Assembly (NCBI GenBank): GCA_030949385.1
Contig: JAUZSP010000006.1
Span: 64,121 to 128,120, forward strand
Source: Gammaproteobacteria bacterium
GTDB taxonomy: Bacteria; Pseudomonadota; Gammaproteobacteria; JAUZRS01
DNA: 64,000 bases
Direction of reading: 5' to 3'
In this document: positions 10,023 through 19,471 of the stretch, piece after piece
Layout of the letters: every line of letters begins with the position of its first letter
Numbering within the stretch: the stretch's first letter is position 1
Position numbers and translations under genes: made by a program
Notes under the pieces: generated by a model
Told to the model about the DNA's origin: nothing
Database searches by the model: none
Seen by the model: the letters and a program-made list of their open reading frames with translations, nothing else

Positions 10023-11261
10023 TTATAGGATCAGCATGGCCGCCACGGTCAGTGCCAGTAGGGCGATGATGCCGATTAAGATGGGGGTGAGATTTTTATT
10101 CTGTACGCCATTGCCGTTATTTGCCGCTGTGTTTGTTTTGGCTCGGTTGTTGAGCGCGGTTTTAAAGGTTTCAATCTCTTTGAAGCGTCTCATGCCTTGC
10201 GGTTGCAGTGCCTTGTCAATGGCATCGCAAAAGTGTTGGTTTAGATCGCTGCGTACGTTGTGTAGCGGAACGGCGATCTCTCTGGGTGGTGAGCCGGTGG
10301 CCATTTCATAAGCAATGGCTGCTAGAGAGTATTGATCGCTTTGCAGGGTGGCTGTTGAGGCATTGAGTCTCTGTTCGGGGGCTTTATAAAAAAGGGCTTT
10401 TTTGCTTGAACTGCTGGAGTTGATGCGGGCAAAACCGGACAGCTTGCTGTTGTTATGCACATCCAGCCAGATGTTTTTCGGGCTGATGTCACCGTGACTG
10501 CCCTGCTGGTGGACGTAACTGAGTGCGTCACAGAGGGGGTTGATGATCTCCAGTACTTCATTTTCTTGAAAGGGACTGTTCTGCTTTTGGCGTTGTGCGA
10601 TCAGTTTGCGCAGGCTTTTACCCTGCGATACTTCCATGCTGGCGTAGGTTAAATTTTGTTCGTGCTGAGCATCATAGATGTGCACTATGTTTTCATGTTG
10701 CAGTTCACTGGCGCGTTGAGCACTGTGAAAAAAGCTGACTTTGTCGCCGTCACTGACGTTGGGGTTCAAGACTCTGATGGCGATGTTTTCTCCGCGCCTG
10801 CTGTCACGCGCCAGATACAACTCGGATACTCGATCCTGGGAGAGAAAGGCTTTAATGCTGTAACGTTGGTAAGCCAATGTTTGCCCAACGGTAAGGTTTT
10901 TTCCAGCCGACTTTACGCTCGCTTTTTGTGTGCGTCGTTGAGTCGCGGGGGGCTGATTTTCGGTTAGGACAAAATCGAGTTTATGTGCGCGTTTAGGGCG
11001 CTTTTTGGGTGTGTGTTTTGTGTCTGTGCGTTGGCGGCGAATGTTGGCCAGAGCTTCGGCAATGTCGGGAGAGTCTCCGATGATGGTCTCGTCCAGATCT
11101 AGGCTGCTTTCTGCTGCTGGAGCGATTTTTCGGCTCGTTTTAGGTTGTGCTTTTCCATGGCGTATGTTGTTAAGAGCCGCTTCCAAATCTTGTGATTGTT
11201 GGCCAATAAGGGTTTCATCTAACTCTAAATCGATGTCTCCCTGTTTTGAGATTTTGTGCAT
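10023..11261 (-). CDS. Tail-anchored protein with a degenerate Ser/Thr protein-kinase-like domain
   Basis: 412 aa. Two N-terminal copies of a roughly 25-aa LDLDETxIGxxxxDxxEALxNIRxxR repeat. A kinase-like core with several degenerate motifs: no GxGxxG loop, VAIK lysine replaced (IAIRVL), HGD in place of HRD, SGFAR in place of DFG; the APE motif is retained. A single C-terminal TM helix (ILIGIIALLALTVAAMLIL). Confidence 0.6.
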   Translation of the reverse strand: MHKISKQGDIDLELDETLIGQQSQDLEAALNNIRHGKAQPKTSRKIAPAAESSLDLDETIIGDSPDIAEALANIRRQRTDTKHTPKKRPKRAHKLDFVLTENQPPATQRRTQKASVKSAGKNLTVGQTLAYQRYSIKAFLSQDRVSELYLARDSRRGENIAIRVLNPNVSDGDKVSFFHSAQRASELQHENIVHIYDAQHEQNLTYASMEVSQGKSLRKLIAQRQKQNSPFQENEVLEIINPLCDALSYVHQQGSHGDISPKNIWLDVHNNSKLSGFARINSSSSSKKALFYKAPEQRLNASTATLQSDQYSLAAIAYEMATGSPPREIAVPLHNVRSDLNQHFCDAIDKALQPQGMRRFKEIETFKTALNNRAKTNTAANNGNGVQNKNLTPILIGIIALLALTVAAMLIL

Positions 11262-11382
11262 AGCAGTTCCTGGCTAGGTCGATGTCTTGTGCTCATTCTC
11301 ACCCCGTGATCTTAAAAAATTCGGATTTGATTCATTAACAGCAAAGGTTAGGTTAAACGGTACTGTTTTGCTGATAAAAGTT

Positions 11383-11408
11383 GGCATTATTAATGCCTTG
11401 TTTTTTGT
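11383..11408 (+). promoter_or_regulatory. Perfect 7-1-7 palindrome GGCATTAtTAATGCC followed by a T-tract, in the divergent promoter region
   Basis: Seen directly in the sequence, 37 bp upstream of the ORF start at 11444. It could be an operator or a leader hairpin. Confidence 0.35.
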
Positions 11409-11443
11409 GCGTGTTAAATAATTGACTTGGGGAAAGTATAACA

Positions 11444-11806
11444 ATGAGTACACACGACGAGATAGATAAAGCCATTTCAGCACACGGCATGTGGAAACAT
11501 AAATTACGCAAAGCGATTGATTGCGGCGTATGTGATTCGACTCCTGACCGAGTCACGATGGATAACAACTGCGCCTTTGGCAAGTGGTTGCATGAGCGCA
11601 TTGATGCCCATGATAAGGGGTCTTCCTATTACAGTGAAATCGTTGATTTACACGCACAGTTTCATCGGGAAGCGGGGGCAATATTGGGTTTGGTATTAGA
11701 AGGTGATAACGCGGCTGCCAGTAGCCGAATGACTCTGACCAGTACCTTTTCCACTCTGTCGGGCAATTTGACTCGCACCATGAAGGCGTGGCAAACAACT
11801 CTTTGA
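11444..11806 (+). CDS. Stand-alone chemoreceptor zinc-binding (CZB) domain protein
   Basis: 120 aa with the H..C(A)FGKWL..H zinc-binding signature of CZB domains. Confidence 0.65.
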   Translation: MSTHDEIDKAISAHGMWKHKLRKAIDCGVCDSTPDRVTMDNNCAFGKWLHERIDAHDKGSSYYSEIVDLHAQFHREAGAILGLVLEGDNAAASSRMTLTSTFSTLSGNLTRTMKAWQTTL

Positions 11807-11850
11807 GAGTGATCTCTGTCCTTTTTTGTGAACAGAAAGTGAGCGATTTT

Positions 11851-12417
11851 TTATTCTTGCTCCAATAAAAGTGTGTTGTCTTTGGGCAGCGCCATCGTTT
11901 CAAGCTCGCTGGGGGCAGCGAGGGCAAAGCGTTGCTCGATGCTCTGTTGCAATTGTTGCATTTGGGATTCGACCAGTGTGTGGCTCTGTTCGTAGATGAG
12001 GGTTTTGGCTGTTAGGGAGGAGTCTATTAGGCTTTTTTGGCGTTGCTGTAAGGCATCCAATTGGCTTCGTTGGTAGTCGAAATTGCGGGTAATATCTTGT
12101 TCAATGGCTTTGCTGAACAGAGTGTGTGCGCTGCTTCCTTCTGGATGGGCATCCAGTTGTGCGGCTAGAGAGGGCAGTTTGTTTTGCATGTAGTTGTCGT
12201 TTTCTTCGATGAGCGAGGCGCTCATTTTTTCGTAATGCAGGTCGATTTTTTGGATCAGTTCCAGAGAACCGTGTTCGATCATTTGGAGGCGTTCTTGTGC
12301 CAGTTGATTGACGGTTTTGACCAGTTGAATCATTGAGTTTTGCAGTGCTTCTGCGCCTCTGAACTTGGCTTCTAGCAAGGCGGCTTCCATGCGTGTGTTG
12401 AACTCGATGAGCTCCAT
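11851..12417 (-). CDS. Coiled-coil hypothetical protein, possibly the C-terminal part of the upstream giant gene
   Basis: 188 aa, Q/E/L-rich. The upstream reading frame stays open across two A7 tracts toward the 642-aa ORF. Confidence 0.5.
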   Translation of the reverse strand: MELIEFNTRMEAALLEAKFRGAEALQNSMIQLVKTVNQLAQERLQMIEHGSLELIQKIDLHYEKMSASLIEENDNYMQNKLPSLAAQLDAHPEGSSAHTLFSKAIEQDITRNFDYQRSQLDALQQRQKSLIDSSLTAKTLIYEQSHTLVESQMQQLQQSIEQRFALAAPSELETMALPKDNTLLLEQE

Positions 12418-12629
12418 CTGCGTCTCTTTGTGCAGTTTTATTTTTTTCGATGCCCAATTCGGCCAGTTTTACCTTGTCGGGTTCATAAATTGTATGGCTG
12501 CTACTGCTGTGGCTGCTGGTGTTGCTGCTAAAGAGATCGCCGACGGTGCTGAGAGCGCCGGTAAAAATATCACCTACTGTGCTAAAAAAATCCCATGTTG
12601 ATCTTCCTTCTGTTTGAGGTCTGTTTGCC

Positions 12630-14558
12630 CTAAGCGGCGTTTGAGGTGAGGCTTTTTTTCATTTTATAGAGCAGTTGATTGAACTCTTTATTGCGCTGTT
12701 GCCGAGCGTTTGAGAATGCAAGGCTGTCTTGTAACAGGCTTTCTAGGGTCTGCTTTTCCAGTTCGCGGAATTTGTTAAGGATGAGGGTGCTCTGTTGGCT
12801 GGGTTGTTCAGTCAGGCTGCTGGCGCGGCTGAGGGTGTGTTGCAGCCAGCTTTCAGCCCATTGGTAGAAGGTTTCTTTGTGGCTGCTGTTTTCCAGCGCA
12901 AAGAGGCCTTTTTCCAGCTCAAGTTGCAGGGTGTGGGTCAGTTCGGTGCGTTTGATTTCCAGATCCAGTTGTTCAGCGTGTTTGCCGCTGCCGTTGAGGT
13001 CACACGCTTGGTGGATTTGTAAGCGTTCGATGGTGAGCAGGTGTTGCATCTGGTCTCGATGGGATTGCAGGGCGGTGAAGAGGGGGGCGGCTGCGTCGCA
13101 ATGCAGTTGTTCGTTTAAGAGCAGCTCCATCAGCGTTTGTAGTTTGGTTTCCAGTTTGGCGTGAAAATCGAGCCATTCTTGTTGCCAGACGGTTGTGAGG
13201 TCATGGTCGATCAGTTCCTCTTGGCAACGCTGTTGAAAATCGGGCAGGTGCTGGGTTTGACGCTGTTGGCTCTGTTTTAACCAGGCTTGATGCTGTTCGA
13301 TGAGCAGTGTGACGCTGTTTTGGTGTTGGCTGTACCAGTCGATTTTTTGCCGTTGTTCATCGATCAATTGAATGCTGTAATCGGCGACCACTTCAAATCT
13401 TGGGCAAGGTTGCTGTTGCAGTTCATAAAGAGCATTCAGTGGGTTTTTTTCGATCTGTTGCAGTTTGTGCTGTAGCTGAGTGACATCGTCTTGCAGTGCG
13501 GCCAATTTTTTTTCTGTGCTGTGCAGTTTAAAATCAAGGTGTTGCTGTAAAAAACGTTGTCGTGGGGCGCAGTCGTCGGGCAGTTCTGCGGGTGCTTGTT
13601 GCAGTTGTTGGTTGATGTGGTGCAGTTCTGCGAAGAGTTGGGGGTGATCTGTTTGTGCGCTTAAAAGATCGTTGTTTAAGTCATTCAGCCAGCGTTGCAA
13701 ACCTGCTGCGTAGGCGCTGGGGGTTGCGTCAATTTCGGTGCTGGAGTAGTGCTGTTTGCGTTCGCTGTGGTTGAGGCCGTTGAAAGGGGTGGTGTTGTTG
13801 ATGTCTTCGATCTGCTGTTCAAGTTGATCCTGTTGTTGTTCCAATTGAAATATCTGCATGCATTGCTGATAGGTTTGCTGGAGTTGTTCGGTTTTTTCGC
13901 CTTCAAATTCCAGCTGCCACTGTTGCTCGGTAAAAAACATGAGTCGTTTTTGGGTGTAGGTTTCTACAGCCTCTTTAGATTGATCGTGCTCTTGTGGTGG
14001 AGTGAAATTTAGATCGGCGAAGGCAAGATGACAGAGAAAGAGATAAGGGAGGTCGATTGCTAGTGGGTTGTCTGTTGTGAAGTTTGTGATATCCATATAG
14101 CCCGTTTCGGTAACGAGGTGAGAGTAAGATTGACCGTTTTTTTGTTGGAGTCTGGGGTCATCACTGATTAAAAAAGTCTTCGTCAAAAAAGGCAGTGTTT
14201 TATCTTCTAATGCAAAGCGCAGTTGTGCGGCGGTAGGAAGTTGCCATGTATCGCGGTTATCTAGGGTGATTGTTTTCAGATTAGTTTGGTGTGGCTGTTT
14301 TTCTATGTAGGCCTTTTCCAGTTCAGGCATATTATGTTTCTTTAAATTAGGCCAAAGCAGACCTCTGTGGCTGTCAAAAATAATGTCAGGGTGGTTGCCT
14401 ATGAACCACCAGCGTTGCTCGTGAATGCGTTCTAGCAGTGATTCGAGGTTGTCGTCGTCAATGTCGTTGAGATTGTCCAGCGTGTTTTTGATTTCAGCGA
14501 GCTGTTGTTGCAATTGATTTTTTTGAGTTTTGTTCGGCTGGGATGGGCTGGATGACAC
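12630..14558 (-). CDS. Large Q-rich coiled-coil hypothetical protein
   Basis: 642 aa with no recognisable catalytic motifs. Extended heptad-like Q/L/E-rich regions. Confidence 0.6.
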   Translation of the reverse strand: MSSSPSQPNKTQKNQLQQQLAEIKNTLDNLNDIDDDNLESLLERIHEQRWWFIGNHPDIIFDSHRGLLWPNLKKHNMPELEKAYIEKQPHQTNLKTITLDNRDTWQLPTAAQLRFALEDKTLPFLTKTFLISDDPRLQQKNGQSYSHLVTETGYMDITNFTTDNPLAIDLPYLFLCHLAFADLNFTPPQEHDQSKEAVETYTQKRLMFFTEQQWQLEFEGEKTEQLQQTYQQCMQIFQLEQQQDQLEQQIEDINNTTPFNGLNHSERKQHYSSTEIDATPSAYAAGLQRWLNDLNNDLLSAQTDHPQLFAELHHINQQLQQAPAELPDDCAPRQRFLQQHLDFKLHSTEKKLAALQDDVTQLQHKLQQIEKNPLNALYELQQQPCPRFEVVADYSIQLIDEQRQKIDWYSQHQNSVTLLIEQHQAWLKQSQQRQTQHLPDFQQRCQEELIDHDLTTVWQQEWLDFHAKLETKLQTLMELLLNEQLHCDAAAPLFTALQSHRDQMQHLLTIERLQIHQACDLNGSGKHAEQLDLEIKRTELTHTLQLELEKGLFALENSSHKETFYQWAESWLQHTLSRASSLTEQPSQQSTLILNKFRELEKQTLESLLQDSLAFSNARQQRNKEFNQLLYKMKKSLTSNAA

Positions 14559-14729
14559 GGTATTGCTCCTTCAAGGCGGGGTACTGGGCTAAGGCGGGCC
14601 AGTTTAACGGATTTTACTTTGTACTGACAAGCGGGCTAGGAAACAACATCTCTGTTGTGGGTGTGTAGATGGGACATTTTAAGGGAGGAAAAAACGCAGG
14701 GCAGAGTGATCTCTGCCCTTTTTCTTGGC

Positions 14730-16406
14730 TTATTTTCGTGCAGCTTTGTAATGGTTGATCAAACCGTTAGTGGAGCTGTCGTGGCTGCTGACCGGTTGGT
14801 TGTCTTGCAGCTCGGGCTGGATGTGTTGCGCCAATTGCTTGCCCAGCTCCACGCCCCATTGATCGTAGGAGTTGATGTTCCAGATGATGCCTTGGACAAA
14901 AATTTTCTGTTCATAAAGGGCGATTAACATCCCCAAGGTGCTGGGGGTAATCTGATTGCACATAATGGAATTGCTCGGACGGTTTCCAGGGAAAATTTTG
15001 TGCTGTAGCAGAGCTTGGATTTGCTCTTCTTTCAGACCGTCGGCCTCTAACTCGGCGCGCACCTCGGTGGCCTCTTTGCCCACCATCAAGGCTTCACTCT
15101 GAGCAAAAAAGTTGGAGAGCAAAATGGCGTGTTGCTCGCCGATGGGGTTGAGGCTGTTGGCAGGGGCGATAAAATCGGCGGGAATCAGGCGGGTGCCTTG
15201 GTGCAGCAGTTGATAATAGGCGTGTTGGCCATTGGTGCCCGGACTGCCCCAAATGATCGGGCCGGTGTCGTAATCGACGGGGTTGCCCTCGCGGTCGGTG
15301 CGCTTGCCGTTGCTCTCCATGTCGCCTTGCTGAAAGTAGTCGGCAAAGTAGCGTAAATATTGGTCGTAGGGCAGCAGGACGTGGCTTTGTGCGCCAAAAA
15401 AATTGATGTGCCAGACCCCGATCAGCGCCAGAATGACTGGCATATTCTGCTCCAGCGGAGCGTTGCGAAAATGTTCGTCCATTTGGTGTGCGCCATCGAG
15501 CAGCTCTTCAAACTGATCCATGCCAAGATTGAGGGCGATGCTCAGACCCACCGACGACCAGAGCGAGTAACGCCCTCCCACCCAGTCCCAGAACTCAAAT
15601 ACGCAGTCGGAGTTGATGCCAAATTTTGCTGTGGCTTCTAAATTGGTGCTGACGGCAACAAAGTGTTTGGCTAGATGCTGTTCTTCTTTGGCGCTGGCCA
15701 AAAACCAGTCGCGCACCGCGTGGGCGTTGGTGAGGGTTTCCTGAGTGGTGAAGGTTTTGGAGACCACCACCACTAAGGTGGTGGCGGGATTGAGGTTTTT
15801 TAGGGTCTCGCTGACGTGGGTGCCGTCCACATTGGAGACAAAGTGAATTTTGGGGCCTTGGGCGTAATGTTTCAGCGCTTCGCAGACCATCAAGGGGCCA
15901 AGGTCGGAGCCGCCGATGCCGATGTTGATCACATCGGTGATGGTTTGGCCGCTGTAACCTAACCACTCGCCGCTGCGAACTTGATCGGTGAAGTGGCGCA
16001 TCTGCTGCAAGACTCGTTTTACATCGGGCATCACATCCTTGCCATCGACAAAAACCGGGCGGTTACTGCGGTTGCGCAGGGCGCTGTGCAGCACGGCGCG
16101 TTGCTCGGTGTTGTTGATTTTATCGCCGCTGAATTGGCGTTCAATCCAAGCAGGAACATCGCGCTCTTGGGCTAAGGCCAGCAATTTGTCGAGGGTGTTG
16201 CTGGTGATGCGGTTTTTGGAAAAATCCAACAGCAGTTCATCAAAGGTGAGAGAGAATTTTTCAAACCGTTGGGGATCTTGGGCAAACAGCTCGCGTAGGG
16301 TGAGTGATTCGATGTCGCTTTTGTGTTGAGCGAGCGCCTGCCAAGCGGGGCTTTGTGTGAGTTTGGGCATGGTGACGGATTCTCTGCTGTTAGGAAATTT
16401 TTTCAT
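14730..16406 (-). CDS. pgi: Glucose-6-phosphate isomerase
   Basis: 558 aa, PGI family throughout (..[11 protein letters not shown].., ..[20 protein letters not shown]..). Confidence 0.9.
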   Translation of the reverse strand: MKKFPNSRESVTMPKLTQSPAWQALAQHKSDIESLTLRELFAQDPQRFEKFSLTFDELLLDFSKNRITSNTLDKLLALAQERDVPAWIERQFSGDKINNTEQRAVLHSALRNRSNRPVFVDGKDVMPDVKRVLQQMRHFTDQVRSGEWLGYSGQTITDVINIGIGGSDLGPLMVCEALKHYAQGPKIHFVSNVDGTHVSETLKNLNPATTLVVVVSKTFTTQETLTNAHAVRDWFLASAKEEQHLAKHFVAVSTNLEATAKFGINSDCVFEFWDWVGGRYSLWSSVGLSIALNLGMDQFEELLDGAHQMDEHFRNAPLEQNMPVILALIGVWHINFFGAQSHVLLPYDQYLRYFADYFQQGDMESNGKRTDREGNPVDYDTGPIIWGSPGTNGQHAYYQLLHQGTRLIPADFIAPANSLNPIGEQHAILLSNFFAQSEALMVGKEATEVRAELEADGLKEEQIQALLQHKIFPGNRPSNSIMCNQITPSTLGMLIALYEQKIFVQGIIWNINSYDQWGVELGKQLAQHIQPELQDNQPVSSHDSSTNGLINHYKAARK

Positions 16407-16551
16407 GTTTTAGCACACTGGTCATCAAACGGAAAGAGTGCGGTATTTTATTTGTGAATGACGTACAATTTGCGCGCCTAGATTGGCTCCTTTTTGTTGC
16501 TGTCAAAGCCGTCCACCTTCCATTTAAAACCGCTGGGGAAAAGTGTAACGA

Positions 16552-18014
16552 TGCGTATTTTATTTGTTGCCAGTGAAGTTCATCCGTTGATTAAAACCGG
16601 TGGTTTGGCCGATGTTGCCGGTCATTTGCCTCCGGCGCTGCTGGCGCAAGGTGAAGAGATTCGGATTGTGATGCCCGCCTATCGTGCCGCACTGCAAGGA
16701 TTAGAGCAGATTGAGGTGGTGGCGGAGTTGTTTCTATTGGGAGCAGCCCAGCCGGTAGAAATTTTGCAAAGCATCTTGCCGGGTACGGCGGTGCCGATCT
16801 ATTTGGTTCGTTGTCCACAATATTTTGATCGTGAGGGCGGTCCTTATGCCGACAGCGAGGGCAATGATTGGACGGACAACGCGGCTCGTTTTACCCTTTT
16901 TGCCCGTGCAGTGGTTGAGTTGGCGCAAAATCGAGCGGCTTTGGAATGGCAGCCGGATTTGGTGCATTGCAATGATTGGCAGACAGGGTTGGTGCCCGCG
17001 CTGCTCAAATGTGAGGCCGTTGCGCCGAAAACGTTGTTTACCATTCATAATTTGGCTTATCAGGGATTGTTCTCTTGGCAGAGCTTCCAATCGTTGCAGT
17101 TACCCCGTGATCTTTGGGGGTGGAGGCAATGGAGTTTTACGGCAACTTTTCTTTTATGAAAGGCGGCTTGGTTTATGCCGATCACCTCTCTACGGTTAGT
17201 CCTCAATACGCTGAGGAAATTTTAACCCCAGAGTACGGTTACGGTTTGGAAGGGTTGCTGAGCAGTCGTGCTGGATGATCTGTCGGGCATTTTGAATGGA
17301 GTGGAGTATGAGATATGGAACCCAGAGCACGATGAAGCCATTGCGGTTAATTACGGTGTGGATAGTTTGGCGCTGAAGTCCGAAAACAAACGTGCGTTGC
17401 AGCGTGAGTACCGTCTTGATGAAGAGCCAGATAAACCGCTGATTGTCTATGTGGGGCGTTTGGCGGATCAAAAAGGGGTGGATCTGATTCTGTCGGGATT
17501 GCCGTCGATGGTGGAGCACTTGGGAATGCAGGTGCTGCTGCTGGGCAGCGGTCGGCGTGACCTTGAAGAGGCGTTGTGGGTCGTGGGGGATCGTTATCCT
17601 GGACAAGTGGCGACCTATGTGGGTTTCAGTGAAGATCGAGTGCATCGCATTAAAGCAGGAGCGGATATGTTCCTGATGCCGTCTCGGTTTGAGCCTTGCG
17701 GTCTGAATCAGATTTACAGCTTGCGTTACGGGGCAGTGCCGATTGTGCGAGCGGTCGGCGGGTTGGTGGACACGGTGGTGGATGCGTCTCCTGATGCAGT
17801 GGAGAAGGGCGTTGCAACGGGTTTTCACTTCGGCTCTGCCAATGCCGGTGATATGTTGTATTGCGTGGGACGCGCGTGCGAGCTTTACCGTGATAAACCA
17901 AATTTATGGCGTAACTTGATGCTGAATGGCATGCAGCAGGATTTCAGTTGGCAGCAGGGTGCCAAGCATTATTGCGATTTGTATCGCCGGATTGTGAGTC
18001 AGAAAAAAGCATAA
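16552..18014 (+). pseudogene. glgA: Glycogen synthase glgA interrupted by two frameshifts (or assembly indels)
   Basis: N-terminus MRILFVASEVHPLIKTGGLADV (KTGGL motif) in one frame. The middle segment [31 protein letters not shown] is in a second frame, after the G5 run at 17116-17120. The C-terminal part (..LSGILNG..EPCGLNQIY..) is in a third frame from about 17271. Confidence 0.75.
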
Positions 18015-18113
18015 TGGTAGTAATTTGGTGGAAAACGTGTTGTATTTGGCATTCAATTGCAAAGGTTATAAGGGGGAGGGAACTGGCTAGGATGGGTTAA
18101 GTGTTGTTTTGAA

Positions 18114-18911
18114 TTGTTTTTTTGCGTTAAGACCAAGGGGTTTGCAGTGAATTTATTTCAGCTTCCGTTACTTGTTTTTTTGATCGTGGCTTTGCCGTTG
18201 ATGAGTGCTTGTTCCACCACCTCTTCCAGCAGTGGCGCACGCAGTTTAGATGCTAAGGCATTGAGTGGTTTGACCGCCGATGCCAAAGCGGGAAGAGAGC
18301 GTATTAAGCAAGATGCCCTATTGGCTCAGGTGAGTTCCAATGGCTCATTAACGGTGGACAGCAGCACCGCGCAGCTGTTGGCAAAAGCCGCTAGCAGCAA
18401 GAGAGAGATGTACCGTATTGGGGTAGATGATCAAATTCAGATCACGGTCAGAGGCAACCCTGACTTGGATGTGACGGTGCCGGTGCGCCCCGATGGAAAA
18501 ATATCCATGCCGTTGGTAGGAGATATTTTGGTGGGAGGGCGAACCCCTAAAGAGGTCTCTAAAATCATCTCAAATTATTTGGCAAAGTATGTGAGAAACC
18601 CCAGTGCAACGGTGATTATGACCCAGCTGCGCAGTCATGAATATCTGCGCCGAGTGAGAATCACCGGCGCTGTAACCAGCCCTTCTTCCATGCCCTACCG
18701 TGGTGGCATGACGGTATTGGATGCGGTGCTGGCCTCCGGTGGGGTGAATGAATTTGCGGCTCCAAACAAAACCAAGCTGTATCGTAAAATTGACGGTGTG
18801 CAGCACGTCAGTGAGATTCATCTTGATGATATTTTGAAAAAAGGCGAAATGGCGAGCAACATTGCCTTGGCTCCGGGAGACATTGTGACCATCCCTGAAC
18901 GACTTTTTTAA
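18114..18911 (+). CDS. Periplasmic polysaccharide export protein (Wza/EpsA-like, Poly_export + SLBB domains), lipoprotein
   Basis: Lipobox LPLMSAC; the likely start is the GTG at 18146. Poly_export-like core (..RIGVDDQIQITV..DGKISMPLVGDILVGG..). Confidence 0.7.
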   Translation: MFFCVKTKGFAVNLFQLPLLVFLIVALPLMSACSTTSSSSGARSLDAKALSGLTADAKAGRERIKQDALLAQVSSNGSLTVDSSTAQLLAKAASSKREMYRIGVDDQIQITVRGNPDLDVTVPVRPDGKISMPLVGDILVGGRTPKEVSKIISNYLAKYVRNPSATVIMTQLRSHEYLRRVRITGAVTSPSSMPYRGGMTVLDAVLASGGVNEFAAPNKTKLYRKIDGVQHVSEIHLDDILKKGEMASNIALAPGDIVTIPERLF

Positions 18912-19471
18912 GCTTCTCGAACGTAAGCGTATTGCCAAGGCGTTTGGTTGAGCGCGTGTAGTGCATCCAGTAACGCTTGGCTAGGGATGGCTTCGTGAGG
19001 GTGAATGTTTAAAACTTCGATGACACTTCTACCGAAGGCAGCCTGCTTTCGCCAGTTCCATTCCCACGGGGCTGAGGTTTTTTCACAGACGCTGCATGAC
19101 CACCGTTGAGTTTGATCTTTGTGCCACTGCTGTAGATCCGTTTGCCATGTTGGATGGGCTTTTCGGCAGTGTGGGCAGCGAGGTGCTGTGCTCATGCTAT
19201 CCACGGCGCTGTAATAGTGATTTTTTTGTTGCGGCAGATGAATCGCGCAGTAGGTTTGATCGGCTTTCGCTTCTTCTGGTTGCAGGGCGATAAACGGAGA
19301 GCAGCCAACAAAGGTCAGTTGTTCCATAAATCGTTCACCTGAGCGGTAGTGATCGTCTCTGTTTGGCAGAGGATCGGCCATGAGTTGCAGCTGTTGCAGT
19401 GTCCCGATTAAGACGTTGTTGGAGGCTTGCCACTCGATGTGGTTGGAAAACAGGATCAGTTTGGCATTCAT
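18908..19471 (-). CDS. Hypothetical protein with two CxxC pairs (zinc-ribbon-like)
   Basis: 187 aa containing CPHC...CSVC. Its start overlaps the stop of the upstream REC-domain gene (ATGA), which suggests translational coupling. Confidence 0.5.
   Translation of the reverse strand: MNAKLILFSNHIEWQASNNVLIGTLQQLQLMADPLPNRDDHYRSGERFMEQLTFVGCSPFIALQPEEAKADQTYCAIHLPQQKNHYYSAVDSMSTAPRCPHCRKAHPTWQTDLQQWHKDQTQRWSCSVCEKTSAPWEWNWRKQAAFGRSVIEVLNIHPHEAIPSQALLDALHALNQTPWQYAYVREA

Noticed and set aside
10000-10311. 103-aa plus-strand ORF
   Set aside because: Antisense to the C-terminal part of the kinase-like gene. Hydrophobic translation mirrors the TM helix on the other strand.
12365-12601. 78-aa plus-strand ORF between the two coiled-coil genes
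   Set aside because: The minus strand here has a long open frame that bridges the two coiled-coil ORFs. The plus-strand ORF is likely spurious.
17196-17828. 210-aa minus-strand ORF
   Set aside because: Antisense to the glgA C-terminal region. R/H-rich translation with no motif.
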